This document shows, piece after piece, positions 9,998-19,513 of a DNA stretch of 64,000 nucleotides (position 1 is its first letter; the number at the start of each line of letters is the position of its first letter). A program made the position numbers and the translations under genes. Under the pieces are notes generated by a model, which worked only from the letters and a program-made list of their open reading frames with translations, ran no database searches and had not been told where the DNA came from. This stretch comes from an uncultured Christensenella sp. GTDB taxonomy: Bacteria > Bacillota > Clostridia > Christensenellales > UBA1242. The stretch is taken from positions 81,044 to 145,043 of the forward strand of contig CASFBJ010000020.1 of NCBI GenBank assembly GCA_949292875.1. The letters are read 5' to 3'.

Positions 9998-10570
9998 GTG
10001 TACAATGTTAATGAAGAGCTGTGGCCTCAAGTTATTTATCTTATAAATAATTTCTTTATACCTGTTGCTTATACTAAAGGAAGAGATATTTATCCAGATA
10101 GGGTAACATTTGCTAGAAGCAGAGTTCCAGAATGTATTTTTGAAATTGAAAAAACAAAAAATATTGAATATTTTACATTGAACGCAAGAAGTGTAGAAAG
10201 AAGTAGTAAAGCAATATTAAAAACTAGAGAAATTGTAGAGAAAGTTTTAACAGATAGTTTATTCTCTAATGAAATGTTAAATTTTGACAAAAATGATGAT
10301 ATTAAAAAAGATTACACAAAACTTTTTGATTATGTTCAAAAAAAATTAATGACTTCGCAAGTTAAAGATTATGAAAAGTTAAACGACTTCATTTTACAAG
10401 TTTATAAAAAATTAGATATAAATGACGCAATAAAAGTTGCAAGTTTGAGAGAAAGTTCTATATTAAGGTGTATAACTAACAATTTAATAAGTGAAGAGTA
10501 TGGGAAAGAACAAATAGAACTTTTTCCAAATAGCACTTTGAAACTTCAATCTCTATACAATATAAAATAA
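9998..10570 (+). CDS. hypothetical soluble protein, 190 aa, no recognisable motif
   Basis: GTG start 8 nt after GGAGGA and 14 nt after the HicB-like stop. The ORF is uninterrupted. Confidence 0.6.
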   Translation: MYNVNEELWPQVIYLINNFFIPVAYTKGRDIYPDRVTFARSRVPECIFEIEKTKNIEYFTLNARSVERSSKAILKTREIVEKVLTDSLFSNEMLNFDKNDDIKKDYTKLFDYVQKKLMTSQVKDYEKLNDFILQVYKKLDINDAIKVASLRESSILRCITNNLISEEYGKEQIELFPNSTLKLQSLYNIK

Positions 10571-10645
10571 ATGAATTAGAGTACTTGATTTTGTTTTAAA
10601 ACTGTGATATACTTAACGAGTAAAATATTTTAGGAGTATATTTGT

Positions 10646-10870
10646 ATGCAACTTAGTTTTATGTGTGGTATATTTGAAGAAATGGTAAATACTTTGCGTG
10701 GTATACCTGCAAGTATTAAGGTTTGGATATATGTTGTAAGTGCATTATTATTAATATTAATGGTTAGAAGATTAATTAAAGTCAATTATAATAAAGATAA
10801 AGGAAGAAATTTTGCTTGGCTTTTGCCTATCATTCTTTTGATTATTTTGATTGTGATGATGAGTATATAA
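10646..10870 (+). CDS. small two-TM membrane protein
   Basis: AGGAG upstream and two hydrophobic helices (VWIYVVSALLLILMV, AWLLPIILLIILIVMM). Confidence 0.5.
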   Translation: MQLSFMCGIFEEMVNTLRGIPASIKVWIYVVSALLLILMVRRLIKVNYNKDKGRNFAWLLPIILLIILIVMMSI

Positions 10871-10891
10871 AAAGGGAGATATAGATATAAA

Positions 10892-11200
10892 ATGAGTTTT
10901 TTGTTGTTAAGTGATTTTGTAGTAAATGTTGTTACTTATACTAGATACATTGTTTTAGGACTTGCGTTTTTGTCTGCGTTAATTATAATAATAGCGATAC
11001 TATTTCAAAACAATTCTTCAAATGGCGCAGATTCAATAACAGGTGCTAGTTATATGCAAGATAGTTATTATTCAAAACATAAGGGTTCTACAATAGATGA
11101 AAAGTTAAATAAAGTTACTAAATGGTGCGGACTAGTTGTTGCTGTTTGTATAGTACTATATTATCTTACATTTATTATATTGTCTACACCTTCAGTTTAA
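10892..11200 (+). CDS. secG: SecG-like preprotein translocase subunit (tentative)
   Basis: TM1, then LFQNNSSNGADSITGAS...KHKGSTIDEKLNKVTKW, then TM2. This resembles the SecG LLQ..K..G.....G..K..G..L.R.T layout. AGGGAG RBS. Confidence 0.45.
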   Translation: MSFLLLSDFVVNVVTYTRYIVLGLAFLSALIIIIAILFQNNSSNGADSITGASYMQDSYYSKHKGSTIDEKLNKVTKWCGLVVAVCIVLYYLTFIILSTPSV

Positions 11201-11222
11201 GAAGATTTATTCTTCTTTTTTA
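11201..11222 (+). terminator. weak intrinsic terminator
   Basis: GAAGA-TTTAT-TCTTC followed by TTTTTT. Confidence 0.4.
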
Positions 11223-11303
11223 TTTTCATATCAAAAATATTTTAGAGTATAAAATAAATATTCATTTTGTTAAATATATGATATAAATTATATTTGTAAG
11301 TTG

Positions 11304-11334
11304 ATATAAAAAATTGCGTACTTTTTGTACGCAA
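11304..11334 (-). terminator. intrinsic terminator of the 982-aa surface protein gene
   Basis: TTGCGTAC-5 nt-GTACGCAA hairpin (11314-11334). On the minus strand it is followed by TTTTTTATA. Confidence 0.7.
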
Positions 11335-11341
11335 ATTTTTA

Positions 11342-14290
11342 TTATTTTAGTTTTGTTTCAGTTTGGTTTATGTCCCATAAGTTTTTATCAAAAGAACTAA
11401 ATGAATCGTTGCTTGAATAAGAATCTATAGAACTATTTATATACTCAAATCTTAACAATCTGTCAGAAGTTTTTCCTGGTCTTTCCTTAATGTTTGATGT
11501 TAAAGAAGAGTTTATTACGCAAGAGAATGTTTTACCTGTATAAGGGTAGTTGCTTCTAAGGTTTTGTTCGAAACCTAAAAAGTTCTTAATCTTATTTAAG
11601 TACTTCATACTTGCTGTATCTCCATATACATTACTACCTTCCATTTTGCAATTTACAAAGCAATTACGCATTTCAGGTATAGCATCTGATGCACCTAAAG
11701 AAACTGCACTTATTCCTGCAACTTCTGGTGCATTTGAATTGTAACTTAATTTATCATTGCCAGGGTTTGCTATTTCATAACTTGCTAATTCGCTAGATTG
11801 AGTTAATGTTCCAGTGATTAGACAGTTGCTAATTATGCTATAATTTCTTTGATATCCTGCAATTCCACCAACTTTCCAGCCGGTACTTACAGTATTTGCT
11901 GTAGAGGTTGTTATATTTCCATATGTACTTCCAACAAGTCCGCCAACGACATGGCCTTTAATATTTGCATTAGCAGTAGAGTGAGAAATAGTTATTCTTC
12001 CATTTTGGTAAGCGTTGATATCAATAAGTCCTACAAGTCCACCACTATAATGTCCTTTAACTGAGCCATCGGCAGGTAATCTTGTAACTACAGGATTTTC
12101 TATTCGAATATTATCTGCAGTACAATTTTGTAGAGTAGGGTTAATAGTTGTTGTGTTTATTTCTCCAACTATTCCTCCAGTAACACCAGCGTAACTATCA
12201 CCATCTTTTAGTGTTAGATTGTTTACTTGTGAATCTTTAATTTCAGATTCTTCTGTTTGTCCAATAAGTCCGCCAATATTTGCAATTCTATTTATTGCTT
12301 CTGCTCCTGATTGTATAGAAATAGATTTTTCATTACCTAAAACTTTACAAGAAGAAAGCGTTGATGATTTACTATAACCGAAAGCTGAACCTAAGTTTAA
12401 TGTTTTATCTTTGAATTGATTACTTAGTACAAGATTAAATACAAATTCAGCATTGCCAAAATCTACAATAACATTGTTTAGAGAAGAAGAAATAGATTTT
12501 CCAGCAATAATACCTATATTGTAAATGTCTGATATTTTTAGAGTTTCTGATAATACAACTTTATTTGGTTTAAATGTAATATTTTCCAACTTACTATTTG
12601 ATAATGAATTAAAGAAACCTGTAGTGTCGTCGGTTATTGCAATTGTAAAATTTGAAATTACAACATTTTCGCCATTTTCTTTATTACCTGTTAAAGTTTT
12701 ATTTGTTAAATCTATACCATTTTCAATTATTGCGCCATTGCCATTTATATCGCTTAAGATTTCAAACTTATCATGAGAATTTAAAACATCTGTCTTTCCA
12801 AGCAAATCATCAATATTTGTAATAGTATTAGGTCTAATTAAATTGTATTCGGTAGGGAATTGTATTGCTGTTACTGTTTTTAATGTAGGGGTAGCGATTT
12901 CTGTTGGGTCATTCCAAATAGTTTCAAAATTCCACATAATTTTCTTTGTTGCAAAATCATAGTATGATGTAAAGTTTTCTCTATTTCTTAGACTATTCAT
13001 ATCATAGCCTTGACTTGTATATATTCCGTTTCTAACTTCACTAGAATTTGACACAGTGCCTTTATCTTCATATCCGGCAAAAGCTCTATCAAATCCTGCG
13101 CCTGATAGATAATAACAACCATAAGATTTATTTTCTTTACTAGATGCTACAAATTCGTGGTTTGCAACAACTCCGCCTAGCTTACTTTCGGTATCTTCTA
13201 ATATGATAGTAGTAGATGTTGAAGCTAAACTATAACTTTCTGCAACTAGTGCATTTCTATTAGAATAAATATTTGTGCCAGATATTCCACCAATATTAAA
13301 TGGAGTAGATAAAGCATTTAATTTTGTATTAGCATTAGTATATGTATAGCCAATGGTAGCACCAACATTTGCTCCAGATATTCCGCCTAGTTGTCCTTTA
13401 TTGACAGTTAATTCACCGTCAAAACTAGTTGAAACTATTTTTCCGTATAAACCAGCATCTTCGCTAATGTTTTTACCAACAATTCCACCAGTATAAGAAT
13501 TTTTGTTGTCTACCTCATTATTTAATAAAGTAGATGAGACTGAAAGGTTGTATATTTCACCTTTGTTAACGCCAGCTATAACACCTGCGTTATTAAACTT
13601 TCCGTTAACAGCAACATTTGATATATTAAGATTATAAACTTTACCTGTTGTACCTATTTGTTCAAATAATCCAAAATATTCAAGAATGTTTTGTTCGTTA
13701 TTATATTTCATATTCAAGATAGAATTTCCATTTCCATTAAATGTTCCAACAAATTCTCCTGCAATAGGGGTCCATTCACCTTCAAGTATGATGTTATTTG
13801 AAAGAACATAATTTCCGTCTAACTTGTATGATCCTGAACCAATGCTTCTTAGTTGAGTTTCGTTTTTAATAACAAATGGATAATTTTCAGAGCCATCAGT
13901 AACATTAATAACAAGAGGTATTTCAGATGTTCCGCTTGCTGAATTAAATGTAATCTTCACATCGGTACTTCCTGCTTTATTTGCTTTAAATGTATAAGTG
14001 GCAATTTTTTGTCCTCTAACATTTCCATCTTTTATTTCTGGTTTGTTATCCTTGTTTTCAACACTAATTAATTCATTAGAATAATTTATACTAAAATTGT
14101 CTTGATTAGTGTCGTTTTCTGCATCGTTAATTATTATATTAAAATCTTGTGTGCTATTTACTACCATATCCATGTTTAACAAACTTTTGTCGTAGGATAT
14201 GTTTTCTGTGCTTATCAAGAAATAGGCAGTCATAAAACCTAATGTAACTAGCACTATAATTGATGTACATAAAATTATAAGTTTTTTCAT
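11342..14290 (-). CDS. large surface protein with signal anchor, N-terminal Ig-like region and GLUG-motif-like beta-helix repeats
   Basis: N-terminus MKKLIILCTSIIVLVTLGFMTAYFLIS. Recurring GG[IVL][VAIS]G units are present (GGIVGKN, GGISGAN, GGISGTN, GGVVANH, GGLIGQT, GGIVGEI, GGLVGLI, GGLVGST, GGIAGYQ). Confidence 0.85.
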   Translation of the reverse strand: MKKLIILCTSIIVLVTLGFMTAYFLISTENISYDKSLLNMDMVVNSTQDFNIIINDAENDTNQDNFSINYSNELISVENKDNKPEIKDGNVRGQKIATYTFKANKAGSTDVKITFNSASGTSEIPLVINVTDGSENYPFVIKNETQLRSIGSGSYKLDGNYVLSNNIILEGEWTPIAGEFVGTFNGNGNSILNMKYNNEQNILEYFGLFEQIGTTGKVYNLNISNVAVNGKFNNAGVIAGVNKGEIYNLSVSSTLLNNEVDNKNSYTGGIVGKNISEDAGLYGKIVSTSFDGELTVNKGQLGGISGANVGATIGYTYTNANTKLNALSTPFNIGGISGTNIYSNRNALVAESYSLASTSTTIILEDTESKLGGVVANHEFVASSKENKSYGCYYLSGAGFDRAFAGYEDKGTVSNSSEVRNGIYTSQGYDMNSLRNRENFTSYYDFATKKIMWNFETIWNDPTEIATPTLKTVTAIQFPTEYNLIRPNTITNIDDLLGKTDVLNSHDKFEILSDINGNGAIIENGIDLTNKTLTGNKENGENVVISNFTIAITDDTTGFFNSLSNSKLENITFKPNKVVLSETLKISDIYNIGIIAGKSISSSLNNVIVDFGNAEFVFNLVLSNQFKDKTLNLGSAFGYSKSSTLSSCKVLGNEKSISIQSGAEAINRIANIGGLIGQTEESEIKDSQVNNLTLKDGDSYAGVTGGIVGEINTTTINPTLQNCTADNIRIENPVVTRLPADGSVKGHYSGGLVGLIDINAYQNGRITISHSTANANIKGHVVGGLVGSTYGNITTSTANTVSTGWKVGGIAGYQRNYSIISNCLITGTLTQSSELASYEIANPGNDKLSYNSNAPEVAGISAVSLGASDAIPEMRNCFVNCKMEGSNVYGDTASMKYLNKIKNFLGFEQNLRSNYPYTGKTFSCVINSSLTSNIKERPGKTSDRLLRFEYINSSIDSYSSNDSFSSFDKNLWDINQTETKLK

Positions 14291-14396
14291 TTTATTTTTT
14301 ACACCGATTGTTTCAGTGTGTAGTAATTACTACAACCTCCTCGTATAAGTTTTTCGTAACATTAGTTTGCTAATAATATCACTGTAATATGTATAT

Positions 14397-14425
14397 ATTA
14401 TACAATACAAATTGTGAAAAGTCAA
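14397..14425 (-). promoter_or_regulatory. sigma-A type promoter for the surface protein gene (TTGACT-17-TATAAT on the minus strand)
   Basis: The rc of 14420-14425 is TTGACT and the rc of 14397-14402 is TATAAT, with a 17-nt spacer. Confidence 0.6.
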
Positions 14426-14897
14426 TAGCAGATTATAAAATAATTGGCAATATTTGGGGTGAGAATATTTGCTTTTATTAAAATTTTTAAATTAAAAACA
14501 TTGCAAAGAAAAAAACTTTGCAAAGTCAGTCTTGACAAATGTTAATTCATGGCTAATAATTATACATAGAGTTTAATTTATGTAGCGTTAAAAGTGTTGC
14601 AAATTTTAATTAACAGAATACATGTAAAATGATATAACTAAATATCAAAAATATATTAAAATTTTTGTTGAACGCCTTACTATTTAACTATGATTAAGGA
14701 TAATTTTATTCAAGTTTTTTAGGTGTAATGCTTTGGTAAAAAGTTATTTTATAGAAAAAATAAAATATAATACTGCTATTATTGTAAGTTATAAAATATG
14801 ATTAATAATGTTTACAAAAGTTATACATACTTTTCTTGTTTTAATTATCTTAAAATATTTTTAAAATTGATTAAAATTTTTAATTATTACATATAAA

Positions 14898-15227
14898 TTA
14901 ATTATTTTTTCGTATAAAAATGTTTGTAATTTTAAAAATAAAATTAAAATTAAAATAAAAACGCAAAAATAAACCTAAGAAAAAGGCGAGAAATATATAC
15001 CATCTTATTGAGCCGTAATTAAAAATTGTATTAAATGTGATAAAAGATGCAGTGATAATAAAGCAATAAAACACATCAAAAATAATTTTAATTACATTTT
15101 GCTTTTTTGATTTTTTGCATATGAGATTTACAATTTTTTGTAAGAAAATATAAAAATAAAAAGCTAATATTCCTAGAGCAAAAAATATAATAAATATGAC
15201 TAATTGATTTTGAGTGGAGTATAACAT
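14898..15227 (-). CDS. yabQ: spore cortex biosynthesis protein YabQ
   Basis: Small polytopic membrane protein directly after yabP. NYGSIRWYIFLAFFLGLF matches the YabQ N.GE.R.Y...G signature. Confidence 0.7.
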   Translation of the reverse strand: MLYSTQNQLVIFIIFFALGILAFYFYIFLQKIVNLICKKSKKQNVIKIIFDVFYCFIITASFITFNTIFNYGSIRWYIFLAFFLGLFLRFYFNFNFIFKITNIFIRKNN

Positions 15228-15236
15228 TTATTATTC

Positions 15237-15524
15237 CTATTTATGAAAAATATTTTTTAATTTTAAGTTTTTGAATGCTACATTTAAGTATTTTATTTCC
15301 TTAACTATGCCAGATAGTTGAACATATTCTTTGTCTAAATCTAGCTTATTTATTTTAAAATTTTGTCCTTTCATATATAGTTTACAATCATTTAATTTTG
15401 CTAAAAATTCGTTTTCGTTCACATTTATAACTTCTTTTATTCCTTCTAAAAAGATTTCCTTTCTTCCTAATATCTTAAGATTTTCTTTATAAAGATTGTT
15501 TTCTTGTTCTAAGTTGTTACCCAT
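15237..15524 (-). CDS. yabP: sporulation protein YabP
   Basis: LKILGRKEIFLEGIKEVINVNENEFLAKLNDCKLYMKGQNFKINKLDLDKEYVQLSGIVKEIKY follows the YabP repeat pattern, and the gene is adjacent to yabQ. Confidence 0.75.
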   Translation of the reverse strand: MGNNLEQENNLYKENLKILGRKEIFLEGIKEVINVNENEFLAKLNDCKLYMKGQNFKINKLDLDKEYVQLSGIVKEIKYLNVAFKNLKLKNIFHK

Positions 15525-15707
15525 GCTTATCTCCTTTTATCTTACTACCTATGTTTATGCGTAAGAAAGGCATTTTATGAATTAATCATCTATTTGAAAA
15601 AGTTAAGTTATTTTTAACTTTTTTTATTTATATAATTTTTAAGTTTTAGTTTGCTTTTTTTTATTAGTTATGGTATTATATTTTTGTTAAAAATTTAAGG
15701 TGATAAT

Positions 15708-16544
15708 ATGGAAAAATTGGATAATAAAGAGCAGTATAAATTAATTTTTGAAGTAGTGGCATTTTGTTTGTCGTTGTTAGCGTTAGTTTGTGTGGTTTGC
15801 TTGGCTATACTAGCACTCTTTTTTCCTATTCCTTATGCCTATGTTTTAAAGTCTATAGGATTAAATAATATTGCTTTAAGTGTGTATCAAGATGTATACT
15901 TTAATTCTAACAAAATTACTGACGGATATAGTTTTTTAAACGAAGCAATAATAGATAAAAATGATAAATATATTATAGTTGCTTACGAAGCTTGTGAAAA
16001 AGATGATGAATTTTTAGATTTTTTAAGTTATATAAATAATCAAAATTATGAAAATTATGGTAAAAGCATAGAACTAATTGGAATATTGAATGAAAGAGAT
16101 TATGTAAAAGGAAAGTATGTTCATGCTGTTTTTAATGAAAAGGGTTATGAGCAATCTTATGAAATAGCTTTAAAAGATTTTAATAGTGTAAGTTCTGCTT
16201 TTGATAGTGTAGACGATGAAAAGACTTTTGTATTAAATGATTATTTGTGTAGTATGTCTACTTATAAACAAGCGATGATAGTTAGTGCTGATACGCAAGA
16301 AAAAATGAAATTGTTGTCAGAAGAATATGGTAGATATATCAATCAATATTTAAGTATGTCTGAACCAACAACACTTGATTATGTCTATGCGTTAGAGTGT
16401 AGTGTAAGATATGTAGAGTTTTATAATGGGTTTAAGAAAATATATGAATTATGTGGAAATTGCATCTTAGATGAAAAAGAGATTAGTGATGGCGTTAAGC
16501 AAGGCAATGTATTAGTTAGTTCGGTTTTAAAAACTGCTGTTTAA
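15708..16544 (+). CDS. hypothetical membrane-anchored protein
   Basis: An N-terminal TM (VVAFCLSLLALVCVVCLAILALFF) followed by a soluble domain without recognisable motifs. The gene ends 13 nt before hflX. Confidence 0.6.
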   Translation: MEKLDNKEQYKLIFEVVAFCLSLLALVCVVCLAILALFFPIPYAYVLKSIGLNNIALSVYQDVYFNSNKITDGYSFLNEAIIDKNDKYIIVAYEACEKDDEFLDFLSYINNQNYENYGKSIELIGILNERDYVKGKYVHAVFNEKGYEQSYEIALKDFNSVSSAFDSVDDEKTFVLNDYLCSMSTYKQAMIVSADTQEKMKLLSEEYGRYINQYLSMSEPTTLDYVYALECSVRYVEFYNGFKKIYELCGNCILDEKEISDGVKQGNVLVSSVLKTAV

Positions 16545-16557
16545 TGGAGGTGTGTTA

Positions 16558-17652
16558 ATGTTTGAGACTAAGGAAAAACAGAAAACGGCTATTCTTTTAG
16601 GTGCAAGTACAGAATCTAAAGAAATAATATTAAAATCTTTAGTTGAGCTTGAAAGACTAGCAGATACGGCAGATATTAAAGTTGTGGGAATTTGTTATCA
16701 AAGTTTTAAAGAAAAAACGAAAGCAACTTATATTGGCTCTGGAAAAGTGGAAGAATTGAAAAATCTTGTTTCAGAATTAAAACCTGATATGGTGATAGTT
16801 GATGAAATGATAAAAGGTTTCCAATTAAGAAATCTTTCAGAGGCTGTAGGGGTAGATGTTATAGATAGATATATGCTAATTTTAGATATATTTGCAAAAA
16901 GAGCGACGACGGCTGAGGGAAAATTGCAAGTTGAAATCGCTAAAATGAAATACAATATGAGTCGTATATCTTTAATAAAAGAAAATGATGAAAGATTTAG
17001 AGGTGGAATAGGAAGTAAGGGGCCAGGCGAAAAGAAAGTTGAAATAGAGAAGAGAATATATAGAAATAATCTTAAAATACTTGAAGATAAACTTAAGGAG
17101 ATAACAAAAAACAGAGGAGTAACAAGGAGTAAAAGAACAAATAATCGTGAAAAAATTGTAGTAATAGTTGGATATACAAATGCTGGTAAAAGTACACTTT
17201 TAAATGCTTTAGCAAAAGACAATATTTATGCAGATGATAAACTATTTGCAACACTAGAAACTACAACAAGGAAGATTTACCTTGATTATAAGCATTATTT
17301 TTTACTAATAGATACTGTAGGGTTTATAAATAAGTTGCCACATGATTTGGTTGAGGCATTTCAGTCAACATTAGAAGAAGTTAAGTCCGCCGATTGTATA
17401 TTGCATGTAGTTGATGCAAGTGATAAGAACTGTATAGAACAAATGAATGTAACTCAGGGCGTTTTAGAAAAGTTAGAAGCGCAGAATATACCTAAAATTT
17501 TGGTGTTAAATAAGACTGATTGTTGTCAAGATATGTCAATATTTGAATCTATGAACTATGTGCCTATTTCAGCGAAAAATAATGAAAATTTGGAACTTTT
17601 GAAGCAAAAGATTAGTGAGATATTATTTCCGGATTTTGAATATATCGTATAA
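16558..17652 (+). CDS. hflX: GTPase HflX
   Basis: G1 GYTNAGKST, DTVGFI, NKTD, and the HflX N-terminal domain. ATG at 16558 lies 7 nt after GGAGG (the track start 16552 is a GTG). Confidence 0.93.
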   Translation: MFETKEKQKTAILLGASTESKEIILKSLVELERLADTADIKVVGICYQSFKEKTKATYIGSGKVEELKNLVSELKPDMVIVDEMIKGFQLRNLSEAVGVDVIDRYMLILDIFAKRATTAEGKLQVEIAKMKYNMSRISLIKENDERFRGGIGSKGPGEKKVEIEKRIYRNNLKILEDKLKEITKNRGVTRSKRTNNREKIVVIVGYTNAGKSTLLNALAKDNIYADDKLFATLETTTRKIYLDYKHYFLLIDTVGFINKLPHDLVEAFQSTLEEVKSADCILHVVDASDKNCIEQMNVTQGVLEKLEAQNIPKILVLNKTDCCQDMSIFESMNYVPISAKNNENLELLKQKISEILFPDFEYIV

Positions 17653-17874
17653 CTACATCTTACGCTGAACATATATTTCACTAATAACAAAACATATAAT
17701 TAAGCAAATAAAATTTGTAGATAACACAATAAGCAAAATGTTTGCATTAATAAAATTTAATCCTAAAAAGTATAGTATAGATAGGATAAAATAACAAGGG
17801 AGTCCAAAAATTGCTCCTATTATTAGAAAAAACAATATTACATTAGATAGTATTTTAATAATTTTAGATAACAT
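17653..17874 (-). CDS. small hydrophobic membrane protein (hypothetical)
   Basis: The internal ATG at 17874 has an AAGGA RBS. Two to three TM helices. The longer track ORF would overlap the divergent gene's start. Confidence 0.35.
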   Translation of the reverse strand: MLSKIIKILSNVILFFLIIGAIFGLPCYFILSILYFLGLNFINANILLIVLSTNFICLIICFVISEIYVQRKM

Positions 17875-17911
17875 ACAAAAATCCTTTTGTTTTATTAAAA
17901 GAGAGGTAATT

Positions 17912-18859
17912 ATGATATTAAAAAACACTTTTAAAATAATGTTTTTAAATTTCCCTTTAATTTTAAAGTCTTGCTTATATAAATTGATAATAATTTGTAT
18001 AAGTTTACTTATGGGTTATGGGGTTTTAAGCCCTATAATAAATGAGTGTGAAAAAGTTGGTATGTGGGATAAGGTTTTTCAATTTTTCTCACAAGGAATA
18101 TTTGCTTTTGACGGCTCAGTAGTCATTTCACAATTTCAAAGTATTAGCGCAGATTTTAGTAGTATAATGAGTGCAAATGTAGGTTTTACTTGGAATTTTT
18201 TAGCATTGTTTTTGTTAGTTGCTGTTTTTCTGCCTGTAATGCTTGGACTTTCTAAGGTTGCTGAGTTTGGCGTACTTTTTGGTTCGCTTAGTTGTAATAG
18301 CAAGTTTGAATTTATGACAAGTTATTTTGAAAATTTTAAGAAAGGTTTTGTATTTAGACTTTTTAGACTTGTATTTAGTATACCTTGCCTTGTTTTGTGC
18401 TTGGCAATAGCGTATCTTGTACCTATGTTATTGGTAGGAGATGTTGCTACCATTTTTGCAATAATCATTGTCATTTTAAGTATTATTGCCATTTGTGCAT
18501 TATTTATGACACTGTTTTTGATTTATGAGCCTAATTTAATAATAAAAGAAACTAATCCTTGGCATGCTTTAACAAACAGTGTTAAAGAAGTTAAAAAATA
18601 TGGAATGGCAAAAATATATTTTATGGTTTTACTATTCCTATTAATAGCCTTTATATTAAACGCTTTTTTTGCTGCAATTTCTTATGGCTTTGCGTTAATA
18701 ATAACAATCCCTATAACTTTGCAATTTTCAAATGTTATTAGAATGATATTGTGCTACGATATATTGGGTATGGATTATTATATAAGTAAAAAGAGCGTAT
18801 GTGTAACCAAGAAATACTGCGAAAAAATTACAATTGATAACATGAAAGATTTGATTTAG
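17912..18859 (+). CDS. polytopic membrane protein, function unknown
   Basis: AGAGAGG RBS and about 6 hydrophobic helices. Confidence 0.65.
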   Translation: MILKNTFKIMFLNFPLILKSCLYKLIIICISLLMGYGVLSPIINECEKVGMWDKVFQFFSQGIFAFDGSVVISQFQSISADFSSIMSANVGFTWNFLALFLLVAVFLPVMLGLSKVAEFGVLFGSLSCNSKFEFMTSYFENFKKGFVFRLFRLVFSIPCLVLCLAIAYLVPMLLVGDVATIFAIIIVILSIIAICALFMTLFLIYEPNLIIKETNPWHALTNSVKEVKKYGMAKIYFMVLLFLLIAFILNAFFAAISYGFALIITIPITLQFSNVIRMILCYDILGMDYYISKKSVCVTKKYCEKITIDNMKDLI

Positions 18860-18925
18860 TTGTGATGAATTTATTGATTTAAAAATAGGGAAATATTTTC
18901 ATAATCTAAAAATAAAGTTTTGATA

Positions 18926-18954
18926 TTGACAAATTACTTATATTGTACTATAAT
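18926..18954 (+). promoter_or_regulatory. consensus sigma-A promoter TTGACA-17-TATAAT for the nfeD-floA operon
   Basis: TTGACA at 18926-18931 and TATAAT at 18949-18954. Confidence 0.7.
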
Positions 18955-18991
18955 TAGTTATACCTATAATTACTAGGTTGTAGAGGTGAAT

Positions 18992-19513
18992 ATGTGGGAA
19001 GAATTTATAATGTTATTCACCGACATGGGTATAATATCTTTAGTCTTTATTATTTGTGGTATAGTTTTTACTGCGATAGAGATATGTATTCCAGGATTTG
19101 GTGTTTTTGGCGTTTTAGGCATTATATGTGTTGTTTGTGGGATAATTGCAAGAGCTTTAGAAGGTGCTAGTATAACTCAAATTTCTATTATGGTTCTCAT
19201 TTGCTTAATCGTGTTTGTGCTTGCTTTTGTAGTTATTTCTCATTCTTTGCATAAAGGTTTGTTGTCTAAGACAGGACTTGTAGAAAATGGACAAGTACTA
19301 GAAAAAGATTATGTAAGTCCTTACACCGAGTTAGTGGGTAAGATTGGTGAAACTATAGGTGTTTGTAGGCCTTCAGGTTCTGTGAAGATAGGTGAAGAAA
19401 TGTATGATTGTGTTTCTGAAAAAGATTACATTGAGCCAAAAACTAAGGTTGTTGTAACGCAAATAAAAGATGATAAAATATATGTCAAAGTTTTGGAGGA
19501 TAAAATAGAATGA
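18992..19513 (+). CDS. NfeD-family membrane protein (YqeZ-like)
   Basis: N-terminal TM helices plus a C-terminal OB-like segment (GETIGVCRPSGSVKIGEEMYDCVS). The stop overlaps the floA start (ATGA). Confidence 0.8.
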   Translation: MWEEFIMLFTDMGIISLVFIICGIVFTAIEICIPGFGVFGVLGIICVVCGIIARALEGASITQISIMVLICLIVFVLAFVVISHSLHKGLLSKTGLVENGQVLEKDYVSPYTELVGKIGETIGVCRPSGSVKIGEEMYDCVSEKDYIEPKTKVVVTQIKDDKIYVKVLEDKIE

